From the NCBI GenBank assembly GCA_002269645.1, contig NIVC01001269.1:62001-126000 (forward strand): 64,000 nucleotides of DNA, written 5' to 3'. The notes beneath the pieces were generated by a model. The model had not been told where the DNA came from. It worked only from the letters and a program-made list of their open reading frames with translations, and did not search any database. The number at the start of each line of letters is the position of its first letter. Position 1 is the first letter of the stretch. Positions 10,576 through 23,800 of the stretch are shown here, one piece after another. The translations under genes were made by a program, and so were the position numbers. The stretch comes from Macrostomum lignano (Eukaryota).

Positions 10576-11859
10576 CTGTGAACCCGGTTCAAACTTGGGT
10601 CTCACAATCTGACCCACCAATCGCAATTTCAGTCAGTCGGCCCGGCAAAATCCTGATTAAACGAAAATTGCACGTTTAGAAGCTTCTCCGCAGACTTTTT
10701 TAACCGATTATTGCACGTTTGAACAGAACAATAGTTCAGTATATAAATTAGCATTTCAAAAATGGTCTTAAAAATCCTAATCTCATATTTTTTCTCTATG
10801 ACTTTGCTTACTGTCTACTGCAGGCAATAATACACAGATGTTATCTATTTCTTTTTTTTCCATATTTTATCAGTCGTCACTTTGCCTGTCTGTCCGTCTT
10901 AAAAGTTCGTTCACACCGATCAAAATCTTAGCTTCTGTTAAGCAATGGAGAGATAGCCATTATAAAGTTTTACGATCGTACTTTCAGTGTATCTGGCATA
11001 ACAGCCAAGTCAAGTGCAATTTAACCTATCAGAACGCTTCTCAATGTTACCCCATTGTGCCGCAATGACAACGATCTGGATATAAAAGGCCAAATCAAGT
11101 GCGACCGAAAGCAACTCAACAGTAAAACGGCTGCCGCACGAGCCAGAATATCCGCTGGGGAGAAGCAGCGATTGATGGACGCAGTTGAGCGAGGAGAATA
11201 CTGCTTGGACTTGGCAGAGTGCCAGCTGATCATAAGAGAAATATGCAGAAATGAACGGCCCGCTGCTTGAAATGCCAATGATGCACTTGACTAGATATTT
11301 TGGTAACTCTGAATTGACAATTTGCAATACTGATTTGGCTTGCTGCAATTTGACTTGAATATGCCGCACTTGAACAGATTTATTTTGCATTTATAAATCA
11401 GTTAGAAAGGCGCACCCAGTGTGAATCAAGGTAAAGACACAACCTGTCAAATGCACTGAAGAAAGTGCATGATAAACTACAATACTAGGCCAGCCAAGTC
11501 GCCAAAATTTCCATTATAGATTTCGTTCGTAAATGCTCAGCTGCAACATTCCTCAGTCAGCGCTAAAGTAGTGGCTCAGAAGTTCACCAAGACAATAAAT
11601 CCAAAATAAAATATTCAAAGTTGCAGCGTTGCTAAAAAGTCAAGCGCCCATTGTGCTGCCAGGCAAAGAAGTTGCATTTTGTATTTCCTGAATAACCGGT
11701 TCAAGAATAAACAAAGCCGGGCGAGAAAGCAGAAAAACAAAAATCCAGTTGATAAATGCGAGAAAATTAGAGAAAAATGAAAATGCTAAAATAATAAATT
11801 TGCCGCCCGTTCAAGCTACTGTTAGTAGAAATGAGGGATTTTTTTAGAGAAATGAGGGC

Positions 11860-14800
11860 TCACAGCAGGTCGTAGAACCGGGGTCGCCGGGAGACGCCGA
11901 ACCGGAGCCAGGCGGCGCGTGTCCACAGGGCGCGGGCGCTCGAGACGCCGTAGCGCAGCCGCAGCTCCTCCTCGAAGTGCCGCACCGGCCTGTGCCAGTC
12001 GACGCTGAGTCGACCCGCCGAGTGGCCGCCGACGTCGCTGCTGTCAGCGCTGGACTCGGCGTCGCTGGCTTCGCTCGCTACGCTTCTGGCGCCGCCGCTG
12101 CCGATGCTGGCCAGGGCTCTGCCGAGGCCCGAGCTGCCGAACACCAGCGACGGCCGCCAGCCTCTGCTGTACTTGGCCACGCTTTCTAGGAAACTCAGCA
12201 CCGCCGTGTACGACTCGTGCTGCCTGTTGGGCGGCTTGCAGATCTGAATGTGATCGGTGGGTAGCCGGAGCACCGCGCCCACCTGGGGAGGCGGAGAGAG
12301 CAGTCTTTCAGGTGGGTAGTGAAGGCTTCAGGTGGGTAATGCAGGCTTTCAGGTGGGTAATATTGGCTTTCATGTGGGTAATGCAGTCTTTCGGGTGGGT
12401 AATATTGGCTTTCAGGTGGGAAATATTGGCTTTCAGGTGGGTAATGCAGGCTTTCAGGTGGGTAATATTGGATTTCAGGTGGGTAATGTAGGCTTCAGGT
12501 GGGTAATGCAGGCTTTCAGGTGGGTAATGCAGGATTTCAGGTGGGTAATATTGGCTTTCAGATGGGTAATATTGGCTTGCAGGTTGGTAATATTGGCTTT
12601 CAGGAGGGTAATGCAGGCTTTCAGGTGGGTAATATTGGCTTTCAGGTGGGTAATATTGGATTTCAGGTGGGTAATGCAGGCTTTCAGGTGGGTAATGCAG
12701 GCTTTCAGGTGGGTAATATTGGATTTCAGGTGGGTAATGTAGGCTTTCAGGTGGGTAATGCAGGCTTTCAGGTGGGTAATGGAGGCTTTCAGATGGGTAA
12801 TATTGGCTTGCAGGTTGGTAATATTGGCTTTCAGGTTGGTAATATTGGCTTTGCATTGGCAATAAATGATTCATGTGGTTAATATTGACAGGCTAGAGGG
12901 CTAAGGTATAAGGATCAAATTTAATCTAATATAATTTAGGGGCTATTGTAGGAAAAATTGGGAATAGGATTTTGGTTAAGTTAGGTTAGGAACTTCAATG
13001 TTATCAGAGCGTGGTGAAGTGCTGTGGTCAGCTGTCACTCTTACAAAAAAGACACAACTATGTATAAGCTAGGATAGAATACCGGTAGATCAATAGCAGA
13101 ATTAAACTCAGAATTAGGCTCCGTATTGTATCATCGGAAGCCGATTAAGTAGGAGCAAGGAGCTCCTCTAGATATGGCACAACAGGCAGGTTTAACGCTA
13201 AATTTCTAGCAGGTGCAAAGCACGGCGATGCAAGTCACACCACAGCCCGCATTCCGCAAGTTCGCAGCAGAGGTTTATAGAAAGCGCCTATACTTCAGCC
13301 ACTATTGTTAAGCAAGCAGTGCGGTCTCACCCCTCTCTACCTAGTCTTTAGGATGTCTATAGTATAAAAAATATATCACAATAGACAGCAGCTATAAATA
13401 TCTTGAAATGTGTACAAAGCAGATAGCCAAGTTATGCACACCAACGCTTCTATTGTGCTGAATTTCTATTGGCGGACAGAGCTGGCCAGCATCGCTGATG
13501 CTGACTATGAGCAAAAAAATAAGAAAACACTATAGATGCGCATATTTTAGAGAGCTTTCTAGAAAATAAGCGCCAAAACACACGCAAAAAGAGAACTTTT
13601 TTTCTCAGACCGGAGCAACTCTGAGCAGCACAGATTCGAAACAGCCATGCAAGCGTCAGGAATAATTGCAAATTTAGCCTTAATTGCACTTTGTCTGTTT
13701 GCCTTCCACGGCATAATTGGTAAGTTTTCAAGTCTGGTATGCAGAGTCAAGTTTTGTGTTAATTGAGCAAAACCATTTTTATTGACATTAAAAATGAATT
13801 TGCAGGGCCAACTGAGGCAGCGGACTGCTCAACGGTCACCTGCTACAACGGCGGCACCTGCAACAACTTTACAGTCAGCCCGCCCTGCCTGTGCCCGCTG
13901 CCCTACATCGCACCTAACTGTTCAGCTGCTGCAGACTACTGCTTCACCCTGCAGCCTGACAAGGGCATCAACGCACTGCCTGTGTGCCAGAATAACGGCA
14001 CCTGCACTCTGACTTACACCGATCCGTACTTTAACTGCAGCTGCCCTGATGACTTCACAGGTAGCTAATAGACTGGGTTAATGCCTAGTCTGTTTGTCTG
14101 TCTGTCTTAGCGTCTGTTTGTCTGTATGTTTATATGTCTGTCCGTTCGTCTTAAAGATCGTTCATACCGACTATATCTACGTCATTCTTAGTGTTTGTGT
14201 GTCTTTCTACGTGTCTGCGTCTGTGCGTGTGTCTGTCCGTCTATCCGTCTGTCTGTCAGCCGAAGTGAATCACAATTGCTGTACAGAATCACAAGAAAAT
14301 TGCCGCGTGGTCAAGCAACCATCGGCCTGCATTTGATGACGTTCACTTGTTAGAGTCTCTTGGTCTGATTTGCCACCAACTTCCCACTTTCACCGTCTAA
14401 ACTTGTGCACAGATGTGCGCTGCAATGCAACGGTAACAACTACGGTAACAACCACAGCGCCCGTGTCTGCGACAACAGAGCCGGGATTAACAGACGGCGA
14501 AATAGTGGTGATTGTGATTTGCATTACTATCGCTGTCGCGGGCTTTCTAATTGTGATATTGATTTTCTGCAAAGTCATTCCTGTACCAGAGTCATGCACT
14601 CTGTGCGTTGATAGTTGCCGCAGCTCCTGCAATTGCCAATGCGAATGCTGACAATGCGAATACTGCCAGTGCGAGTGCGAATGCCTCAGATCGGTAAGTG
14701 CAGAATGCATTCTGTAGTGAATCTGAATGCACTCTGTAGTGAATCTGAATGCACTCTGTAGTGAATCTGAATGCATTCTGTAGTGAATCTGAATGCACTC

Positions 14801-17800
14801 TGTAGTGAATCTGAATGCACTCTGTAGTGAATCTGAATGCATTCTGTAGTGAATCTGAATGCACTCTGTAGTGAATCTGAATGCACTCTGTAGTGAATCC
14901 GAATGCACTCTGTAGTGAATCTGAATGCACTCTGTAGTGAATCTGAATGCATTCTGTAGTGAATCTGAATGCATTCTGTAGTGAATTTGAATTCACTCTG
15001 TAGTGAATCTGAATGCACTCTGTAGTGAATATGAATGCATTCTGTAGTGAATTTGAATTCACTCTGTAGTGAATCTGAATGCATTCTGTAGTGAATCTGA
15101 ATGCATTCTGTAGTGAATTTGAATTCACTCTGTAGTGAATCTGAATGCATTCTGTAGTGAATATGAATTCACTCTGTAGTGAATCTGAATGCACTCTGTA
15201 GTGAATCTGAATGCACTCTGTAGTGAATTTGAATGCACTCTGTAGTGAATCTGAATGCACTCTGTAGTGAATATGAATTCACTCTGTAGTGAATATGAAT
15301 TCACTCTGTAGTGAATATGAATTCACTCTGTAGTGAATCTGAATGCACTCTGTAGTGAATCTGAATTCACTCTGTAGTGAATATGAATGCACTCTGTAGT
15401 GAATCTGAATTCACTCTGTAGTGAATCTGAATGCACTCTGTAGTGAATCTGAATGCACTCTGTAGTGAATCTGAATTCACTCTGTAGTGAATATAAATTC
15501 ACTCTGTAGTGAATCTGAATGCACTCTGTAGTGAATCTGAATGCACTCTGTAGTGAATCTGAATTCACTCTGTAGTGAATCTGAATGCACTCTGTAGTGA
15601 ATATGAATTCACTCTGTAGTGAATATGAATTCACTCTGTAGTGAATCTGAATGCACTCTGTAGTGAATATGAATTCACTCTGTAGTGAATCTGAATGCAC
15701 TCTGTAGTGAATATGAATTCACTCTGTAGTGAATCTGAATGCACTCTGTAGTGAATCTGAATGCATTCTGTAGTGAATCTGAATGCACTCTGTAGTGAAT
15801 CTGAATGTACTCTGTAGTGAATCTGAATGCACTCTGTAGTGAATCTGAATGCACTCTGTAGAGAACCCGAATGCACTCTGTAGTGAATCTGAATGCACTC
15901 TGTAGTGAATCTGAATGCACTCTGTAGTGAATCCGAATGCACTCTGTAGTGAATCTGAATGCATTCTGTAGTGAATCTGAATGCACTCTGTAGTGAATCT
16001 GAATGCACTCTGTAGTGAATCTGAATGCATTCTGTAGTGAATCTGAATGCACTCTGTAGTGAATCTGAATGCACTCTGTAGTGAATCTGAATGCATTCTG
16101 TAGTGAATCTGAATGTACTCTGTAGTGAATCTGAATGCATTCTGTAGTGAATCTGAATGTACTCTGTAGTGAATCTGAATGCACTCTGTAGTGAATCTGA
16201 ATGCACTCTGTAGAGAACCCGAATGCACTCTGTAGTGAATCTGAATGCACTTTGTAGTGAATCTGAATGCACTCTGTAGTGAATCTGAATGCACTCTGTA
16301 GTGAATCTGAATGCATTCTGTAGTGAATCTGAATGCACTCTGTAGTGAATCTGAATGCACTCTGTAGTGAATCTGAATTCACTCTGTAGTGAATCTGAAT
16401 GCACTCTGTAGTGAATATGAATTCACTCTGTAGTGAATCTGAATGCACTCTGTAGTGAATCTGAATGCACTCTGTAGTGAATCTGAATGCACTCTGTAGT
16501 GAATCTGAATGCACTCTGTAGTGAATCTGAATGCACTCTGTAGTGAATATGAATGCACTCTGTAGTGAATCTGAATGCACTCTGTAGTGAATCTGAATGC
16601 ATTCTGTAGTGAATCTGAATGCACTCTGTAGTGAATCTGAATGCACTCTGTAGTGAATCTGAATGCATTCTGTAGTGAATCTGAATTCACTCTGTAGTGA
16701 ATCTGAATGCACTCTGTAGTGAATATGAATTCACTCTGTAGTGAATCTGAATGCACTCTGTAGTGAATATGAATTCACTCTGTAGTGAATCTGAATGCAC
16801 TCTGTAGTGAATCTGAATGCACTCTGTAGTGAATATGAATGCATTCTGTAGTGAATATGAATTCACTCTGTAGTGAATCTGAATTCACTCTGTAGTGAAT
16901 CCGAATGCACTCTGTAGTGAATCTGAATGCATTCTGTAGTGAATCTGAATGCACTCTGTAGTGAATCTGAATGCATTCTGTAGTGAATCTGAATGCATTC
17001 TGTAGTGAATCTGAATGCACTCTGTAGAGAACCCGAATGCACTGTGTAGTGAATCTGAATGCATTCTGTAGTGAATCTGAATTCACTCTGTAGTGAATCC
17101 GAATGCACTCTGTAGTGAATCTGAATGCACTCTGTAGTGAATCTGAATGCACTCTGTAGTGAATCCGAATGCACTCTGTAGTGAATCTGAATGCATTCTG
17201 TAGTGAATCCGAATGCACTCTGTAGTGAATCTGAATGCACTCTGTAGTGAATCTGAATGCACTCTGTAGTGAATCCGAATGCACTCTGTAGTGAATCTGA
17301 ATGCATTCTGTAGTGAATCCGAATGCACTCTGTAGTGAATCTGAATGCATTCTGTAGTGAATATGAATTCACTCTGTAGTGAATCTGAATGCACTCTGTA
17401 GTGAATCCGAATGCACTCTGTAGTGAATCTGAATGCATTCTGTAGTGAATCCGAATGCACTCTGTAGTGAATCTGAATGCATTCTGTAGTGAATATGAAT
17501 TCACTCTGTAGTGAATCTGAATGCATTCTGTAGTGAATCTGAATGCACTCTGTAGTGAATCTGAATGCACTCTGTAGTGAATCTGAATGCACTCTGTAGT
17601 GAATCTGAATGCACTCTGTAGTGAATCTGAATGCACTCTGTAGTGAATCTGAATTCACTCTGTAGTGAATCTGAATGCACTCTGTAGTGAATATGAATTC
17701 ACTCTGTAGTGAATCTGAATGCACTCTGTAGAGAACCCGAATGCACTCTGTAGTGAATCTGAATGCACTCTGTAGTGAATCTGAATGCATTCTGTAGTGA

Positions 17801-20800
17801 ATCTGAATGCACTCTGTAGAGAACCCGAATTCACTCTGTAGTGAATCTGAATGCACTCTGTAGTGAATATGAATGCACTCTGTAGTGAATCTGAATGCAC
17901 TCTGTAGTGAATCTGAATGCACTCTGTAGTGAATCTGAATGCACTCTGTAGTGAATCTGAATGCACTCTGTAGTGAATATGAATGCACTCTGTAGTGAAT
18001 CTGAATGCACTCTGTAGTGAATCTGAATGCACTCTGTAGTGAATCTGAATGCACTCTGTAGTGAATCTGAATGCACTCTGTAGAGAACCCGAATGCACTG
18101 TGTAGAGAATCAGATTCAAACTTGGTTCTCAAAATTTGAACCACCAACCGCAATTTCAGGAAGTCGGCCCCGCGGAATCCTAATTAAACAAAAATTGTAC
18201 TCTTGAAACATTGACAGCAGACTCTTCTTGAACTGATTATTGCTCGTTTACAATAACTTCGCATATAAATTGGATCTTAAAAAAATAGGATTTGAAATCC
18301 TAAGCTCAATTTATGTTCCTATAGTTTGGCCTACTGTTTAGGCTGACTGTCTACTTATGATTTTTTAAAGATGTGCGCATGCGAAAAATACAGATTTTCT
18401 GAGTTTCTTTTTCCATACTTTTTTTCACAGTCACTTTGTTCCTTAACGAAACTTATTGCGCTTTTTTTTCCAACTTTCAAACAGACATTAGTGCCCGTCT
18501 GTCCGTTTGTCTGTCTCAGTGCCTGTGTCTGTCTGTCTGTCTGGCTGTCTGTTTTAATGTCTTAGTGTCTGTCTGTTTTTCTACCTGCTCCAGTTTTGAA
18601 GTCGACCCGCTAAAAGTTGCAATGCGAAAAATGATTACTGAACTTACTGAATGCCCAAATTGTGATGAAGTTTCGGCAGCTTTTAAAAGACTTTAAGACT
18701 TCAAAGACTTTTTTAAAAGACAATAAGCAATATTGTCAAGATGAGCCGGCTCTGCCGTACAGATACTAGTTCAGTTCCGCCAATCTTTCCCAGCGATCAG
18801 TGGGAGCACACTCAGGTGTGAGAACAGCAACGCACAGACGGCGCTCACCAGCTTGTCAGCCCAGGACTCCGGGCAGACTTTGAGCCCGATTCCGCCAGGG
18901 GCCACGGGTGTCCTGCTCAGCTCGATGATGTTGAGCACTCGCATATCCGGCCGGGTCTGCGCGTACTGCACGAACCAGGCGTGCAGGTGGCTGAGCACGT
19001 TGCAGCTGCCATCGAATACGTACCTGGACTCCTCGGACAGGCAGAGCTGGCGGAGCGGCCGCCAGTAAATTCTGCTCACGTTCACCGCCTGCGGGTGGCG
19101 GATGGACCGGGGAATCCCAAAAATGGCAAATATATCATTTCAAACTGAAGAAAATTTTATACCTAGCGGAAAGGAGAATGTCAAAAGCTAATAAAAGGGG
19201 ATTCTAAAATTCACGGAAAGGGGGAATTCTCAACCTGCTAAAAGGGTTATCCACAAACTCGCGGTAAGGATGGAAAGAGTAAAATCCATCCCCAAAAGGA
19301 AAAATAGGAATCTTAATCTGCTGGAAATGAAAATTCTAAACCTTGCAGGAAAGGGTATCATAAATTTTACGAGAATAGAATCCTAAGTCACAGAAAAAGG
19401 AATCCCAAACTCACGGAAAGGGGAATCCCAAGATCACGGGAAAAGGGAATCCCAAGCTTACGGAAAGGGGAATCCAAAGCTCACGGAAACGGGAATCTTA
19501 AGATCACGGAAAGGGGAATCCCAAACTCACGGATAGGGGAATCCCAAGCTTACGGAAGGGAGAATCCCAAGATCACGGAAAGGTGAATCCAAAGCTCACG
19601 GAAACGGGAATCTTAAGATCACGGAAAGGGGAATCCCAAACTCACGGAAAGGGGAATCCAAAGCTCACGGAAAAAGGGAATCCCAAGCTCACGGAAAGGG
19701 GAATCCTAAGATCACGGAAAGGGGAATCCTAAACCTATGAAAAGGAAATCCCAAACTTAAGTAAATGAGAATTAACAAACAAACAAGAGTATTAAAGCTA
19801 ACATATATCGCAGAATAATTTTCTCACCTTGCTGCGCCCCAGATGCGGCACTGCAATGAACACAACGCCGCGAATGCTAGCCAGCAATCTCTTTCTAAGC
19901 CGATCTTCGCTCGAATTCAACACCTGCATCATCTGCTTGACGATGAGGCCGCCGAATGAGTGACAGACGAAGGCGGTCATGCGGTTGCCGACCCCGGCCG
20001 CCAGCAGCTGGTTGGCGGCTTCGTTGGCTCGGCGGGGCAGAAGGCCGGACGAGTCGCCGGTCTGGCGGCAGCCGCGCCACTTCATGGCGGCGATTTTCAT
20101 GTTCAGCGCTGCGGGTGTTCGGGCAGGATTAGCGTTATTGCTTGAGACCAGGACTTAATAAGGGCTACTCAATGTATCTATATAAGGCCCTCCAATCAAT
20201 CAGTAAATCAATCGAAACATGGGTGTCAAGCAAAGTAATAAATCAACTAAAGGTGTTAAACCAATAAACCAATCAATCAATCACAGATGTCAAACTAATC
20301 AATCAAACACAGGTGTCAAAACAAGCAATCAATCAAACACAGGTGTCAAATCAATCAAACACAGGTGTCAAATCAATCAAACACAGGTGTCAAACCAAAT
20401 AATCAATTAGAAGTGTAAAACAAATCAACCAAACACAGGTGTCAAATCAATCAATCAAACACGTGCCAAGCCAATTAATCAATCAATTAAACACAGGTGT
20501 CAAACCAATCAATCAATCAAACACAGGTGTCAAATCAATCAAACACAGGTGTCAAACCAATCAATCAATTAGAAGTGTAAAACAAATCAACCAAACACAG
20601 GTGTCAAATCAATCAATCAAACACGTGCCAAGCCAATTAATCAATCAATTAAACACAGGTGTCAAACCAATCAATCAATCAAACACAGGTGTCAAATCAA
20701 TCAAACACAGGTGTCAAACCAATCAATCAATCAAACACAGGTGTCTAATAAATCATTCAAATAATTGTCACATGAATCAATCAAACACAGGTGCCAAACC

Positions 20801-23800
20801 AATCAATTTAGAGCACAGCTGCCCTACCCAGCACCCGAGCTCTGGGCATGTCCTCGGCCAGCCAATCTCTCGGCCAACATTCCGTCACTTGAGGCGCGTC
20901 ATTCTCGCTATTAGAGTCGGACTTAACCGCGGCTGTCCGCCCAGCCTCCGAAGCCGATGAAGCCGGACAGTCGCCCTGTTTCCACGTGTAGAACACGCTG
21001 CCCAGCATGCCATTAATAAAGACTACATCGATACAGGGGGTGGCCAGAAACGGCTTAGCCAACTCGTACACGTCCGGCTGGTAGATGCAATGCGGCCGGT
21101 AGGAACTGTCAGTTGCCAGGGCGTTCAGCAGGGCGTAGGTGGACAGATTCGCACAGATCTTCCTGCCGCACAGGCCCAGCGCCAGACAGGAGCTCTCTGA
21201 CCAGCCATCAACGAGATTGCACACGAAGCTGTCACTGGAGAACATGGAATAGGCGGCCCGGTGGCAGCTCAGGTTGGCCAAAGTTTTGGCTAAAATAATT
21301 TCGCAAGCCGGCGGCATGTCATAAAAATTCGCGCAGATCGCCAGCGGCAGCAGGCGGCAGAAAACTTCGTCAGAAACCAGGCGGATGGCCGAATCCAGGC
21401 ACCTGCGGGTGGGAGTTTATATCAATTCTAACACTAGTATAAGCGGCGCACGGCTGCCAATGCATGTAAGAATCGCCCCTGATCCACCCAGTAAGAATCG
21501 CCCCTGATCCACCCAGTAAGAATCGCCCCTGATCCACCCAATAGGAATCGCCCCTGATCCACCCAATAGGAATCGCCCCTGATCCACCCAGTAAGAATCG
21601 CCCCTGATCCACCCAGTAAGAATCGCCCCTGATCCACCCAGTAAGAATCGCCCCTGATCCACCCAATAGGAATCGCCCCTGATCCACCCAGTAAGAATCG
21701 CCCCTAATCCATACAATAAGAATCGCCCCTAATCCACCCCTAACAACACCCCTGACTGCCGCAACGAACCTAGTCGCGGACTGCAGCCGTTTGAGCAGCT
21801 TGAGCATGAGCAGCATACACCGGCGTCGCTTCTGCAACACCTGACGCTCCGTCATTGGCCTGAAGCCGGGCAACATTCCGCCGCCGCCGCCGCCACCGCC
21901 AACGCCGGGGATGCTCAGCGCCGACAGCCGGCTGGCGGTGAACCTCGGCAAAACCTCCGGCTGAGAAGGCGACTCGCCTGGAGCCAAGCTGAGCAGCAGT
22001 TCCACACGGTTGTGCAGCCACTCCAAGCTGCTGGCCAGGACGGCCTCGGAGTCTTCATCTCTGAGGTTGATGCGGACTGTCTGCACGCTGACCTGCGACC
22101 TGCGGCGGCTGAGGATGGGGAGGCAGGGACAAGTTTTCAATTGCGATTCCAATTGGCGATTTTTCGATGGCGATTCCAATTGGCGATTTTTCAATTGCGA
22201 TTCCAATTGGCGATTTTTCGATGGCGATTCCAATTGGCGATTTTTCAATGGCGATTCCAATTGGCGATTTTTCGATGGCGATTTCTTAAGGGCGATTCTC
22301 ATTGGCGATTTTTCGATGGTGATTTCTCAAGGGCGATTCTCATTAGCGATTTTTTGGTGGTGATTTCTTAAGGGCGATTCTCATTAGCGATTTTTTGGTG
22401 GTGATTTCTTAAGGGCGATTCTCATTGGCGATTTTTTGGTGGTGATTTCTTAAGGGCGATTCTCATTGGCGATTTTTCGATGGTGATTTCTAATGGGCGA
22501 TTCTCATTAGTGATTTTTTAGTGGTGATTTCTTAAAGGCGATTCTTATTGGCGGTTTTTAGATGGCGATTTCTTAAGGGCGATTCTCATTGGCGATTTTT
22601 CGATGGTGATTTCTCATGGGCGATTCCCATTAGCGATTTTTGGTGGTGATTTCTTAAAGGCGATTCTCATTGGCGATTTTTCAATAGCGATTCTCATTGG
22701 CGATTTTTAGATGGTGATTTCTTAAGGGCGATTCTCATTGGCGATTTCTCGATGGCCATTTCTTAAGGGCGATTTTCATTGGCGATTTTTTCGATGGTGA
22801 TTTCTAATGGGCGATTCTCATTAGCGATTTTTTGGTGGTGATTTCTTAAAGGCGATCCTTATTGGCGATTTTTCAATAGCGATTCTCATTGGCGATTTTT
22901 CAATAGCGATTCTCATTGGCGATTTTTAGATGGCGACTTCTTAAGGGCGATTCTCATTGGCGATTTTTCGATGAGGATTTCTCAACGGCGATTTTCATTA
23001 GCGATTTTTGGTGGTGATTTCTTAAAGGCGATTCTCATTGGCGATTTTTCAATAGCGATTCTCATTGGCGATTTTTAGATGGTGATTTCTTAAGGGCGAT
23101 TCTCATTGGCGATTTCTCGATGGCCATTTCTTAAGGGCGATTCTCATTGGCGATTTTTCAATAGCGATTCTCATTGGCGATTTTTTCGATGGTGATTTCT
23201 AATGGGCGATTCTCATTAGCGATTTTTTGGTGGTGATTTCTTAAAGGCGATCCTTACTGGCGATTTTTCGATAGCGATTCTCATTGGCGATTTTTAGATG
23301 GCGACTTCTTAAGGGCGATTCTCATTGGCGATTTTTCGATGGTGATTTCTCAACGGCGATTTTCATTAGCGATTTTTGGTGGTGATTTCTTAAAGGCGAT
23401 TCTCATTGGCGATTTTTCAATAGCGATTCTCATTGGCGATTTTTAGATGGTGATTTCTTAAGGGTGATTCTCATTGGCGATTTTGCGATAGCGATTTCTC
23501 GATGGCGATTTCTTAAGGGCGATTCTCATTGGCGATTTTTCGATGGCGATTTCTTAAGGGCGAGTCTCATTAACGATTTTTCAAGCGCGATTTTAGGGCG
23601 ATTTTTCCAAAGCGATTCCGAGGCAGTTTTTAAGCAGACTCAGGTTGAACACGAGCGATGCTGTAGTACTAGCTAAAAAGCGCGTCTAGGCTTGATTAAA
23701 AGCAGTTTAATCTCTCACCTTGTACTGCTGCATAGTCCGCAAGCCCCTGACATTTGCGGCGGCAGTCGACAAGCCGACAACGGGCCTAGGACGGCTGCAA

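Noticed and set aside
10960-11400. Non-repetitive segment with 71-126-aa ORFs on both strands
   Set aside because: No recognisable motif, splice structure or TE termini; left unassigned.
12308-12882. YPPES / GNAGFQV repeat ORFs resembling structural proteins
   Set aside because: 21-bp intronic minisatellite starting just past the SERAC1 acceptor.
14390-18153. Many minus-strand HSDSLQSAFRFTTECIQIHYRV ORFs
   Set aside because: 22-bp satellite read through three frames.
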